Below, piece by piece: positions 55,014 to 64,000 of a DNA stretch of 64,000 nucleotides; position 1 is the stretch's first letter, and each line of letters opens with the position of its first letter. Source of the DNA: Trypanosoma brucei (Eukaryota); the NCBI GenBank assembly GCA_000002445.1, contig CM000208.1:1088001-1152000 (forward strand), written 5' to 3'. The notes under the pieces were generated by a model. The model searched no databases. It saw only the letters and a program-made list of their open reading frames with translations, and was not told the origin of the DNA. Position numbers and translations under genes: made by a program.

Positions 55014-55877
55014 CTAAACGCTCCTGCGGCGCTTGAGTCCCGATACATGACCGCCTTCAGAAACACTGCCTGTAGACGCTCGGAACAGTCTTGAGCCAAA
55101 ACTTAGCAGAGAACTCAGCATTGATGTCGGTCCAGCCGCGGTCACACGACCGGACACATTTCCACATGAAGCACTGCACACATCCTCTGACCTCTCAGTC
55201 TTTGTACACTCACCTGCAGAGCCGTCAAGTTCCTCCTGTTCCTTCTGCTCTTCCCCTTCTTCCTTTGATTTGGATAGCTGCATATCGCTCTGTTCCAAGC
55301 GGGCGACGAGGACCTTTTTGATCCCACAGGTGGATAGCCCTCTTTTATGGAGAAGCCGACGAAGTTGCACGACAATCATGGCGTTGTACCCTGTTTGTTC
55401 ATTCGCTTGTTTAGCAGCACGACGGCGGCCTCGCTGCGGTGACACGTCACTGTATTCCGAGCTGCTGGTCGGATCGGAGGAACAAAATGATGGACAGGAC
55501 CATGAGGATTCGGAATCGGTTTCTAATTTGGGGGCCATGCTGTCCGACAAACTTGCCCGCAAAAACCGGCAACACTTTCTCAGCGATTTGTAAAGCTGAG
55601 CACCATTCCGCCTCGTCGTTGGGGGGTGCAGGGTGCCTGACCCATCCGCCAAAGTATAGCCGCCGTACGATACAAGAAGTTCGTTCCCAATACTTTCGTA
55701 ACCTGGTGACCCTGTGGTTCCATTACTGCCCGTCTCTGCATGACCATTGTCAGACATACTTGGTGACTTCAGTCGAAGTAAATCGGAAACCCGAGGTGGA
55801 AGGGGATCTGACATCGACCCGAGAAATTGGGCATCATCGTCAGGAACGTACACAATTTTCCGCCCGGGTTTCCTCAT
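55014..55877 (-). CDS. SAP-domain protein (287 aa), otherwise Ser-rich and low-complexity
   Basis: The SAP motif is NAMIVVQLRRLLHKRGLSTCGIKKVLVARLEQ (L..L+..L...GL...G.K..L..RL). The listed ORF extends to 56045 through a (CA)n tract translated as VCVCVCVC. The first ATG after the pyrimidine tract and AG is at 55877 (MRKPGRKIVYV...). Confidence 0.55.
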   Translation of the reverse strand: MRKPGRKIVYVPDDDAQFLGSMSDPLPPRVSDLLRLKSPSMSDNGHAETGSNGTTGSPGYESIGNELLVSYGGYTLADGSGTLHPPTTRRNGAQLYKSLRKCCRFLRASLSDSMAPKLETDSESSWSCPSFCSSDPTSSSEYSDVSPQRGRRRAAKQANEQTGYNAMIVVQLRRLLHKRGLSTCGIKKVLVARLEQSDMQLSKSKEEGEEQKEQEELDGSAGECTKTERSEDVCSASCGNVSGRVTAAGPTSMLSSLLSFGSRLFRASTGSVSEGGHVSGLKRRRSV

Positions 55878-55884
55878 TCCTTTG

Positions 55885-55909
55885 CACACACACACACACA
55901 CACACACAC
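55885..55909. repeat. (CA)12 dinucleotide microsatellite immediately upstream of the SAP-domain gene start codon
   Basis: cacacacacacacacacacacacac read directly. Confidence 0.9.
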
Positions 55910-56342
55910 GCTGGGGATGATCCGCTGGGCAAGACAAAATAAAGAACAGAGTAAGATGAGCTCGGATCAAAGAGGACAGATGGGAGCGAAAGCGACCGCA
56001 GTTACAAGTGAGTCGGTGCAGGTGGGAAAACGGCACCCACAACACCTACCACAGACACGAACATAAGGAAGCAAGGAAACATAACATGGGCGTCCATGAG
56101 CCAGATGGAGCGCCTGCAAACATAATGAAACAAACAACAGTAAAATAGGAATAAAGTTATTAAACCCCTCTACGCACTAGCACGAAGCACATACTGCACC
56201 ACACGCGCTCCCATGGCAAATACGTCCCTCCCCCCCCCCCCTCCGCTGGCTTGCAGTGGTGTGCGCCATAGACCCAATGTTAGGGAAGCGGAGAGTGGCG
56301 TACGCACCGCCTACGGGACCATGAGTCTTCCATGCCATGCAT

Positions 56343-57116
56343 TTAACCCCTAACAGCCCGTTGGCATCGCAGAACTCCCTGAGAGACGGATTGATTACCC
56401 GGGGCCAGTCGATTAACCTGGTTATAGTCCTCCAGCGCCTTCTTCCACTTCTCCAACCCCTCGTACGCAATTGCGCGACGAAGAAGCGCCTTTACGTGAG
56501 CCGGCTCGATGGAAAGCGCCGCGTTGCAGTCATCAATGACAAGTTGGTAACTGTGTGTTTGTTGATTACAAGCCGCACGGTTCGCGTAGTAATTAGCAAC
56601 TTCGGCACCACCTCCGGTTGACAGTTCAATGGCTCGTGAATAAAAGAGTGCGGCGCGCTCGTACTTGCCAGCACCGAATAGGGAGTTACCGATAACTTTA
56701 GCCTCTTCAGGTGTTCGGCAAGACGCAGGAGAAGCCTTTTCGTTGCGCTCCTTCAATATGTTGTTGATTTCCTGCAACCTCGCCATCAGTTCTTCGTTGT
56801 TGGGATCCGTTTTTAAAGACTGCTGAAGAGCCTTCTGCGCCTCGTCATAGTTACCCATCGCTTGGAGCGCTGCTCCCTTCCTGAAGTACCCCTTAAACCA
56901 CTGCGGTTTAACGGAAATGCAGCCCTCCGCATCCTCCAGGGCCTCCTTGTACTTTGCTAAGGCATTCCAGCACGCTGCCCTGTTAGAGTACAACGCTGCT
57001 GCACCCTCGGATTGGGGATCGACGTTGATAGCCTTCGTGTACCATTCAATTGCCTCTTCATATCTCTTCGCTGTGAAGGCCTCATTTCCCTTTGCCTTTA
57101 AGTCAGCTACAGACAT
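56343..57116 (-). CDS. Tetratricopeptide-repeat protein (257 aa). It has two TPR triplets of the Hsp70/Hsp90 co-chaperone (STI1/TTC1-like) type
   Basis: ATG verified at 57116. The first triplet is LKAKGNEAFTAKRYEEAIEWYTKAINVDP...YSNRAACW and the second is KVIGNSLFGAGKYERAALFYSRAIEL...YANRAAC. Both are canonical TPR-clamp patterns. Confidence 0.8.
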   Translation of the reverse strand: MSVADLKAKGNEAFTAKRYEEAIEWYTKAINVDPQSEGAAALYSNRAACWNALAKYKEALEDAEGCISVKPQWFKGYFRKGAALQAMGNYDEAQKALQQSLKTDPNNEELMARLQEINNILKERNEKASPASCRTPEEAKVIGNSLFGAGKYERAALFYSRAIELSTGGGAEVANYYANRAACNQQTHSYQLVIDDCNAALSIEPAHVKALLRRAIAYEGLEKWKKALEDYNQVNRLAPGNQSVSQGVLRCQRAVRG

Positions 57117-57433
57117 ATTACCTTATGCTCTTCTTCCTTCCTTTTTTTTAAAAAAAAGACTTAGTGATGTCTCCTTCACGGTGACATGGTTGTTCCATTG
57201 GGGGGAGGGTTGGAAGATATGCAACGAGAAAAAGTAATTTTAGTAACCGCAACCCGTACTACAAGTGGGAGGTGAATCAACAATCATGTGTCTAAATACC
57301 CCCCACTGACAAGCACAGTGACATGTGGCAAGGCAACACACGACAGGGATATGTATAAAGGGTCAATGGCTGCAGCCGACGCGCACATCACATATATATA
57401 ATGATGATCAATCAGGTACAAGGGGAGGTTATC

Positions 57434-58336
57434 TCACGTCCACAACGACGTGGGAACGGCATCGGGTTTGTTCGACGCCAAGACAAAGCAGTAGTGGTCA
57501 AGCATGATACACCATTCATCCCAGTCATCGACTATTTCCAGCTTACACAGCCACTTCTGAGTACTCTGTGGTACTTCTAAGTAAAGTTGTTTCATGGATT
57601 TGGAAATGACGTGTGGGAGTCCAACCTTTCTACAGCGCTCCGCATGTGCCTCCACAGTGGGCAATTCGTGGATGCCACGGAGCATAACCCCCATGGCCTT
57701 TAGATTATTCACCATAACCTCACCAAAACGGTCATCTGGTCGAATAGCATCGTAAGCTATCAACAAGGCTGATGTGTCCTTATCCAGTACATCACTCAGT
57801 GTTAGTGTAAGAAGGGTGGAGGATACACGTTCTTCTAAGTACACAAAGATCATCTCAGCCAGTATCACCGTGGGAGCATTGTTGAGAGCGCTCTTTTTAA
57901 GCAGCTCACGCATCTCATCCGTTTTTCTTAGGTCGCACGCAACCAGCTCGTACTCGGGGCCCGTGTAACGAGTAAGGGCTTCTGTGTCGTCGATGACGCG
58001 GCGTTTCCTCGCAACCAGATCAGGGAAGTCTAACTCAATATATTTGGCGATATGTATGTCTGGTTGATCCTTCTTCAAGCGGAAATATAGAGTGTCCATG
58101 CCGCTCCCAAAGCTGATCACTTGCAAACCAACCTCACCGCATTGTCCCCTGGCAAAATGAAGCAAACTGCGCTCTATTGCCTCTGTTCGGAGCCAAGTGC
58201 CACGATTCATAAGGGGACTGTTCATCACTGTAGAATCCATGACGAAACAGGAGGCGAATGGATCGTTCAAGTACGTCTTACTTACACAGTGCACCCTGCG
58301 GGAGCATGCACTATACGCCGTTTGCTGAAGCGCCAT
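57434..58336 (-). CDS. Leucine carboxyl methyltransferase (LCMT1/PPM1-like; the PP2A methyltransferase family)
   Basis: VISFGSGMDTLYFRL..., IELDFPDLVARK, LVACDLR, PTVILAEMIFVYL, DAIRPDDRFGEVMVNNL and HYCFVLAS parallel LCMT1 block for block. The ORF track starts at a TTG at 58471. A minus-strand pyrimidine tract and AG sites lie between 58445 and 58400. This makes the ATG at 58336 (MALQQTAYSACSRR...) the likely start. Confidence 0.8.
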   Translation of the reverse strand: MALQQTAYSACSRRVHCVSKTYLNDPFASCFVMDSTVMNSPLMNRGTWLRTEAIERSLLHFARGQCGEVGLQVISFGSGMDTLYFRLKKDQPDIHIAKYIELDFPDLVARKRRVIDDTEALTRYTGPEYELVACDLRKTDEMRELLKKSALNNAPTVILAEMIFVYLEERVSSTLLTLTLSDVLDKDTSALLIAYDAIRPDDRFGEVMVNNLKAMGVMLRGIHELPTVEAHAERCRKVGLPHVISKSMKQLYLEVPQSTQKWLCKLEIVDDWDEWCIMLDHYCFVLASNKPDAVPTSLWT

Positions 58337-58805
58337 CTGAGGAAAGCAGCTATTGCTTCCCTGTATCACTTCCCCCCCCCTACTTCCACACCCAAGGGTA
58401 ACAACTATGTGACACATATGAAGAAAAAAAAAGCAAAATAGAAGCTCAGTACCGACATCAAAAGAATCCAACTTTGGGTTGGCTACAAAGCATCCCCACT
58501 ATCGCACTGGAGATCTACGAGATGAAAGGAAAGGAAAAGAAACACAGTATTTTTTTTTCACCATTCTTCAGTCCATAATAATCTTTTGTCTTGATTCTTG
58601 TGGCTTTCAAATGCGTTAGACCGCCTTTTCTTCTCATTTCAGCCACACTGAAAAGGTGCTTACTTGTCCGCACTTTTCGTTTTTCCCCCCTCCTCACAAC
58701 ACCAGACATAGCGAACGCATAACGGCACAATCCATGGTTTGGTTGTCTTTTTTCTTTTTTTCTTCTTCCTTCGGGCTTTTGTGAGGATTTTTTCTTTCCT
58801 TTTTT

Positions 58806-61800
58806 TTAAACGAGAAGAATGCCCCTTATTCCACAAAGGCTTTCCGAAATTATTTCTGAGAGACTACGTAGAGAGATAATCCTCTGCCGGTCATTAAACA
58901 CTGAGCACTGCTGCGCCGTGGTGAGCATGCGACGGAGTATTGCTGCAGCGTGTGGATTTGAACCCGACAGTGTTGATGTTGTTGTTTGTATTATTTCTTC
59001 CATGTAGTCCAAAGGGAGGCAACCGCAGAGAGCGACCAGGCACCGTGCGACCTGAGGAGACAGTGCCATTGAGAGCTTACCAGAGAGAAAACTCTTCGTG
59101 AGAGCCGAAAGCAGAGAAGAAAACAGCTCACTATTATCCGCTCCCGTGCGGTGGAGGAATGTAACGACAGTCTCTGCGACACTTGTTCCGATACGCTGAA
59201 CGTCAATAGCATCCGAGTTCAGTGTGAACATGAGTACTATCAGGAACGCTTGAAAATCCGGAGAGGACACAAACTCTGCTGTGAATGCATCCGCACAGAG
59301 TTGAAAAGCCTGGAGAACTGATCCCTTTAACTCGGGCAGTTTCAGGCAGCGTTCATCAAAGAAACTAAGAAACGTTGCCAGTGCTGACACGACACACAAA
59401 CCTAATGAATGAGTTACGTCAGGTGGAAGGCTTGACTCCATCATAGACCACTGCGCAACGTCACGGAGGAGGGAAGACATGAGCTTAAGCATGCTTTGCT
59501 TCTCTTCTTCCGCATTCTCCGAGCACCAGGTTGGGTCCTCACGCAGCACCTTCATGGCAGCATGTAGCGTTGCGGTCACTTTTTCCATCAACCACAGCAA
59601 CGGCTCGTCCATTAGCAGTGGTGAGTATGCCAAAAATAGTTGTGATACCATCTTGATGCTGCGAACGGCGAGCTCCTTCTCGTAAAACCTGGTGGCGCTC
59701 ACTGACAGAACACGGTTGCAGATCCCCATTATAATTTCAAGGCAGGAAACAAGTCTATCGCCGTCCTTTAGTGAGCTGAGGAAACCACCCAACGACCCGC
59801 AACGCTCCAAACACATGTCAACATCCACAGAGGTAAAGTCGGTGACTTGTGTGTCAAAATTGCAAAGAATACGCAGGAGATCTGTCGGTGTTGCATCTAG
59901 TGGAAGACACGCGATGCAGAAAGCCGCGATGCATCCCCTCGCCGTTCCTTGCACTTGTTGGTTGTTATGAACCATTTCTTCGGCCTCTCGCAAGACCTCG
60001 GGGGATTCTTGAAGAGCGGCAATTATACTTACACTACGCGTACTGGCATCGAGTACCTTGCAGCTAGCTAGTCCAACATCCTCATCATGTGCAAAAACGC
60101 GCAGTGAATAGAGAGCACATCGGATGATCGTAACACACGCACTAGCCAGCGCCAAATTATCACCCAAGGGATCATGCATGTAAACGGTTATGAAGTTCCC
60201 CAGCACATCCAATAAGGCAGACATCACAGCGGGACTTGCTAATGACACGTTTTGTTGTAAATCCTGGAATGCGTTCATGGCCGAAGTTGTAAGTCTCAGC
60301 GCCGGATGCGAAGCAGACAAAGGATACGGTACGAAGCAAACGGGTGTTGAAATGTGTTCCCCATCACAGGGGTCAGCAATGAACGCCGCGGTGAGTTTTA
60401 GGACCACCCACATACTTTCTTGCACCTGCTCCCACTCCGATCCCACACGACTCCCCAAACCGGCGCGCCACCTCTGAAGGTGGTCCAAAGCACTGCAGAG
60501 AAGCACTGTGGTTTTCTCCGGATCCTGCCGGCCCATGTGAGCGACGAGTGTGATGTGGGACGTTGTAAAAGCTTCGGTGAAGTGTTCCTGGTCGTCGGAC
60601 GAATGGGCATATGTCAGCTTCGAAGAGAGGAATGCGTCAAACACGCTGAGAGCCATTGCAGCTACAGAAGCCTCGGCACTCGACGTCATTTGTGTTGTCC
60701 TGAAAAGACAGCTGAGTACCTCATCCAGCGCGGCCATAATTCCGTCGTTGTCTGGGTAGCGTCTGTCAAGTTCAATTAGGCGGTTGGCGATAAAAGACAA
60801 TTCAGAGAGGAAAGGTTCCATTATTTCTGAGAGGCTGAAAATGTCTGAAAGGTTCTCCAAAATGCTGCTGCTACCAGAGAGAATCAAAGATAACGCGGTG
60901 CTCGCTTCTTCATCTTGTTCGACTCTAGCTAGAAGATCTCTCGCCACGGCGGTGACGAGTAGGAGAAACTTCCTTCCATACCTTAACCGGTCATTCAGGT
61001 CCCATGCATCCACTACAATGTTGCAAAACTCGCGTATCAGCTCTACAACAGGTCTCTGTTCGAACGGCACATCGCAGATACGCCCCTCCAAGTACCATGC
61101 CTGCAGCATCTCCTCGATACCTCTCCTCCTAGCACCTTGCATAGGGACGCCTGCCACAAGTAACTCATGCCACAAAGCGCCGGAAACCCTCAGGGGTTGG
61201 CTACACGGATCACCCTCCGGTATGTCTTCTTCGAAGAAAATGTGGTGAGACCACGAAAGGGCGGTGTTAAGGCCTGCCATGATCGTCTGGAGGACACGAT
61301 GGCTTAAGACTGACCCGCTAGAGGCAGCGCAGAGGAGCACATTGAGGAAGCGGGCCAAGCCATCGCACTCGAATGCGGAGCGGCACTCACGGTGGAACTT
61401 GAGCGACATACCGCGACCCCGAGAAGGAGGACGGTAGAGACCAAACTCTTCGATCAGGTGTATAACCACGGACCCATTAAGCATAACGAGGAGCTCCGAC
61501 TCGCAGTTGCTCAGCTGATCCAGCATTTCAGATACCATCTTCTCGCACGCTGTTGCGTCAAAAGCACCCTCTGCGTTTGCACAGCCAAGTTTCAAAATAA
61601 CCGCCACGTCCAGCGCCGTCTCTGACAACACGGGACGCCATGGAGGGCTAAGAAGCCTGTCACCTATAACTTTTGCATATGCTGTCAGCGAATCAACTAA
61701 CCCTTTTCCACGCTTGCTTACGGTCAACCCACAGCGCGTCAAGTACACCCTCAACAACCTAAGGGAAGTGAAATGCACATATATCATGTCGTCGCTAACA

Positions 61801-61961
61801 CCAGCCCCTGCACTATCAATAAGGACAGTAACAACACACTCAGCCGCTTGCACATTATCAATGGATTGCAAAACTCGGACAATACTCTCGGCATCGTTAT
61901 GGCGCCCTTCCTTGATGCACTGTGCCGCGCACTCAAGCTGTTGACGGAAGTGGCAATCCAT
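58806..61961 (-). CDS. Large alpha-helical repeat protein (about 1051 aa), possibly an exportin-4/7-like karyopherin
   Basis: The listed ORF start 62171 lies upstream of the minus-strand polypyrimidine tract (plus strand cgcaaaaaaaaaaaataggggaaaac at 62011..62035). The likely start is therefore the ATG at 61961 (MDCHFRQQLECAAQC...). It is Leu-rich and amphipathic-helix-rich throughout. The segment AGLNTALSWSHHIFFEE resembles the N.VLSWNF block of exportin-4/7. The family call is weak. Confidence 0.55.
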   Translation of the reverse strand: MDCHFRQQLECAAQCIKEGRHNDAESIVRVLQSIDNVQAAECVVTVLIDSAGAGVSDDMIYVHFTSLRLLRVYLTRCGLTVSKRGKGLVDSLTAYAKVIGDRLLSPPWRPVLSETALDVAVILKLGCANAEGAFDATACEKMVSEMLDQLSNCESELLVMLNGSVVIHLIEEFGLYRPPSRGRGMSLKFHRECRSAFECDGLARFLNVLLCAASSGSVLSHRVLQTIMAGLNTALSWSHHIFFEEDIPEGDPCSQPLRVSGALWHELLVAGVPMQGARRRGIEEMLQAWYLEGRICDVPFEQRPVVELIREFCNIVVDAWDLNDRLRYGRKFLLLVTAVARDLLARVEQDEEASTALSLILSGSSSILENLSDIFSLSEIMEPFLSELSFIANRLIELDRRYPDNDGIMAALDEVLSCLFRTTQMTSSAEASVAAMALSVFDAFLSSKLTYAHSSDDQEHFTEAFTTSHITLVAHMGRQDPEKTTVLLCSALDHLQRWRAGLGSRVGSEWEQVQESMWVVLKLTAAFIADPCDGEHISTPVCFVPYPLSASHPALRLTTSAMNAFQDLQQNVSLASPAVMSALLDVLGNFITVYMHDPLGDNLALASACVTIIRCALYSLRVFAHDEDVGLASCKVLDASTRSVSIIAALQESPEVLREAEEMVHNNQQVQGTARGCIAAFCIACLPLDATPTDLLRILCNFDTQVTDFTSVDVDMCLERCGSLGGFLSSLKDGDRLVSCLEIIMGICNRVLSVSATRFYEKELAVRSIKMVSQLFLAYSPLLMDEPLLWLMEKVTATLHAAMKVLREDPTWCSENAEEEKQSMLKLMSSLLRDVAQWSMMESSLPPDVTHSLGLCVVSALATFLSFFDERCLKLPELKGSVLQAFQLCADAFTAEFVSSPDFQAFLIVLMFTLNSDAIDVQRIGTSVAETVVTFLHRTGADNSELFSSLLSALTKSFLSGKLSMALSPQVARCLVALCGCLPLDYMEEIIQTTTSTLSGSNPHAAAILRRMLTTAQQCSVFNDRQRIISLRSLSEIISESLCGIRGILLV

Positions 61962-62010
61962 CCACAATGTCTCAGCGATTTGACAGCATCGAGTGGTTAA
62001 AAATGCACGG

Positions 62011-62075
62011 CGCAAAAAAAAAAAATAGGGGAAAACATCAAAGAATACAAAGATGGAAAGGTATACAAATACACC
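62011..62075 (-). promoter_or_regulatory. Polypyrimidine tract (minus strand) upstream of the exportin-like gene
   Basis: The plus strand reads aaaaaaaaaaaaataggggaaaacatcaaagaatacaaagatggaaaggtatacaaatac, which is pyrimidine-rich on the coding strand. Confidence 0.4.
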
Positions 62076-62197
62076 ACACTCACACAATCTGAGGTTTCTG
62101 GTATAACTAGACGCGGGGAGCGCACATGGGGAAAATAAAGCAGACCAATGATGGACCGGGTGGATGAACATGTTTCGAGAGTAAATTTATTTCTAAC

Positions 62198-64000
62198 CTA
62201 TGTAAAAGCAACAGGGTGAGGCAATAAACCTTGTGCAAAAGAAACTAATGTACGAAACAACTCTTTCATCTCCCCAGAAGGTTTGGGGCTTTCGGCACAC
62301 CTCAAAGCCGCGATGCGGATAAGGGCTTTCAGTGTTGTGTAGTCAACCTGTTTACCGGCTTGGACGGCGAGTTTCTTCCACTCGGAGACGAATGAATCGT
62401 CCACATTGTGGTTCATCAAATCATCCAATGCGAGGAAGTCTATTGAGTCCCCAGAAGATGATGGGGGCCTCTTCGCTGGCTTCCCTCCATTTACAAGTGA
62501 CCCCTTCTGGTTTGACGCCCTTTTCGAAAAGGCATCGGCAAGCGACAGTTGCACGCCGGTTGTATGCTTCGGAGTATCTTTCCCATCGTGCTCCAGACGG
62601 ACGGCCGTGGCTTGTATGGACATTCCACGGATATCCTCAATAACAATGTCTGTAATGGTGTCAACACCAACGGTCCAAATAATCCCTGACTTTGTACTTT
62701 CTTGTAAGCCAAGTTCCTCCACCCTTTCCTCGTCACGCATTGTACGGCCAAGGACAAGGAGAGGCCCAAGTGCGCGCTCTACACAAGCAAGCATTATTTC
62801 CATATCACAAGACTTCAGCACGGAGCTGAAGTTGACGGGAATATGGAACTCAAGGCATTTTCCCCTTCCCATATACTTTAGGGTCTCCTTCGGGTGCAGC
62901 GGGTGCCGCTCCAATATGGTAACTCTTAGCCCGGAACAGCAGTACGGACCACGCCCCATCTTGGCACATACTACATCCAGCAACTGCCTGGCGATGCTCC
63001 ATACATCTTCAACAGTTTTAGGTCGAACGGCATAATTCATTGAGCAACCAATACTTGCACGTGTCCTCTTTCCCATTAGTCTTTGATTTTCCTCGTCGCC
63101 AGTACGGGTCACCAGACGCACATCATTACCCCGGCACAAGTTATAGAAGTTTTCTCCCGTCTTTTGCCCGAGGACACGCTGCAGTTGCTGCTTCGTCAAC
63201 TTCTGAACGTGCTGACACAAAATGTTTTCCTCACCTACGCCTTCCATATCCCCGAGATAATCACCCAGTAGAGGCACCAACTTAGCAATAGTTGAACTCC
63301 CCGCTCCATGTATCTCCGAAAAAGGCAACTGCGAAACGATTGCCGTCACGTCCTCAGGGCGGACAATGAACGTTCCATCCGGCTTTGCAGATTGCGTTGC
63401 GATTCGGGCAAGCATCACATTAGGCCCGATCCCACAAGACACCGTACACTTCGTGGCAGCTTCCAGCTCACGACGGACTTCGTTACAGTAGTCTTCCACC
63501 GCCTCATAGCTATCAGTGTCGAACGCGATCATCACCTCGTCAACACTGTAGACCTCAACGGACATGGTCAGGTGAGCAGGGCAGAGCTCGAAGATCATGC
63601 GGTAAAGACACATCGCCACCTCTCCACTCCGCTCGAGGTCATAACTCAGAACACGCAAGTCGGGGCAAAGAACCCTCGCAGCGTTGACGTACATGCCTGC
63701 ACGAACGCCGAAAGACCTCGCAACGTAGTTACAAGAGGAAATGTCACTGTTTCCTCGCCCGGCTGCAACGCAAACCGGCTTATCACGAAGATGAGCATTC
63801 TCCTCCCTCGCCAATACTACGCTGCAGAAGAAGGCATCCATATCCAAATGCGCAAAGATTGCTTGGCGATCAAGGACGCCGTGATTCCAAGCAGGATTCT
63901 CCGCGAACCACTCCTTAAACAAATCATGTGCCTTCGTCTTCCATTGACCAATGAAGTGAAGGCGTGAGTGCTGTTGGAAATGCTTAAGACTGTTTAATTG
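62198..64000 (-). CDS. REV1: REV1-type Y-family DNA polymerase (deoxycytidyl transferase), 3' portion. The N-terminal region continues beyond the right window edge
   Basis: The catalytic core is HLDMDAFFCSVV (the DxD of the Y-family palm), GRGNSDISSCNYVARSFGVRAGM, SYDLERS and HVQKLTKQQLQRVLG. Reading the frame upstream of the listed TTG at 63922 gives no stop up to 64000 (QLNSLKHFQQHSRLHFIGQWKTKAHDLFKEW...). It includes the SRLHH-x-x-WK block that sits just before the catalytic domain in REV1. The gene is therefore truncated by the window. Confidence 0.8.
   Translation of the reverse strand, partial: QLNSLKHFQQHSRLHFIGQWKTKAHDLFKEWFAENPAWNHGVLDRQAIFAHLDMDAFFCSVVLAREENAHLRDKPVCVAAGRGNSDISSCNYVARSFGVRAGMYVNAARVLCPDLRVLSYDLERSGEVAMCLYRMIFELCPAHLTMSVEVYSVDEVMIAFDTDSYEAVEDYCNEVRRELEAATKCTVSCGIGPNVMLARIATQSAKPDGTFIVRPEDVTAIVSQLPFSEIHGAGSSTIAKLVPLLGDYLGDMEGVGEENILCQHVQKLTKQQLQRVLGQKTGENFYNLCRGNDVRLVTRTGDEENQRLMGKRTRASIGCSMNYAVRPKTVEDVWSIARQLLDVVCAKMGRGPYCCSGLRVTILERHPLHPKETLKYMGRGKCLEFHIPVNFSSVLKSCDMEIMLACVERALGPLLVLGRTMRDEERVEELGLQESTKSGIIWTVGVDTITDIVIEDIRGMSIQATAVRLEHDGKDTPKHTTGVQLSLADAFSKRASNQKGSLVNGGKPAKRPPSSSGDSIDFLALDDLMNHNVDDSFVSEWKKLAVQAGKQVDYTTLKALIRIAALRCAESPKPSGEMKELFRTLVSFAQGLLPHPVAFT

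Overview
This window looks like trypanosomatid nuclear DNA, most likely from the Trypanosoma brucei group. That is my own inference from what the sequence shows. It has long intron-less ORFs packed head-to-tail on one strand. Polypyrimidine tracts followed by AG sit upstream of the ATGs, as expected for trans-splicing. Intergenic regions are purine-rich or pyrimidine-rich with a clear strand bias. The gene set includes HKT1, PHB2, ARL2, zeta-COP, BCKDH E1-beta, PUF, LCMT and REV1.

Architecture:
- 1..12000: end of a minus-strand gene array. It holds the 5' part of a RING-finger gene, a 2539-aa giant coiled-coil gene and an FCP1/NIF-type phosphatase.
- about 12.0-16.5 kb: a divergent strand-switch region with no genes.
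- 16475..37580: a complete, unusually short plus-strand transcription unit of 14 genes. It includes a coiled-coil protein, ARL2, a polytopic membrane protein, zeta-COP, the HKT/Trk K+ transporter, prohibitin-2, a second coiled-coil protein and BCKDH E1-beta.
- 37.6-44.3 kb: a 6.7-kb gene-free convergent strand-switch region holding an ATG-less C2H2 zinc-finger ORF remnant.
- 44324 to the window end: the 3' terminal part of a minus-strand unit. In map order it holds a type-II glycosyltransferase-like gene, then a tandem pair of mosaic GPI-anchored cysteine-framework surface-protein genes, a 3-kb low-complexity spacer, a PUF protein, a SAP-domain protein, a TPR protein, LCMT, an exportin-like HEAT protein, and REV1 whose N-terminal coding part runs off the right edge.

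No tRNA, rRNA or CRISPR features were found.

The supplied ORF track calls TTG and GTG as start codons. Several true ATG starts therefore lie downstream of the listed ORF starts, and I corrected them by inspecting the sequence. The most interesting item is the tandem mosaic surface-gene pair next to a glycosyltransferase at the end of a transcription unit. The two strand-switch regions and their unexplained content come next.
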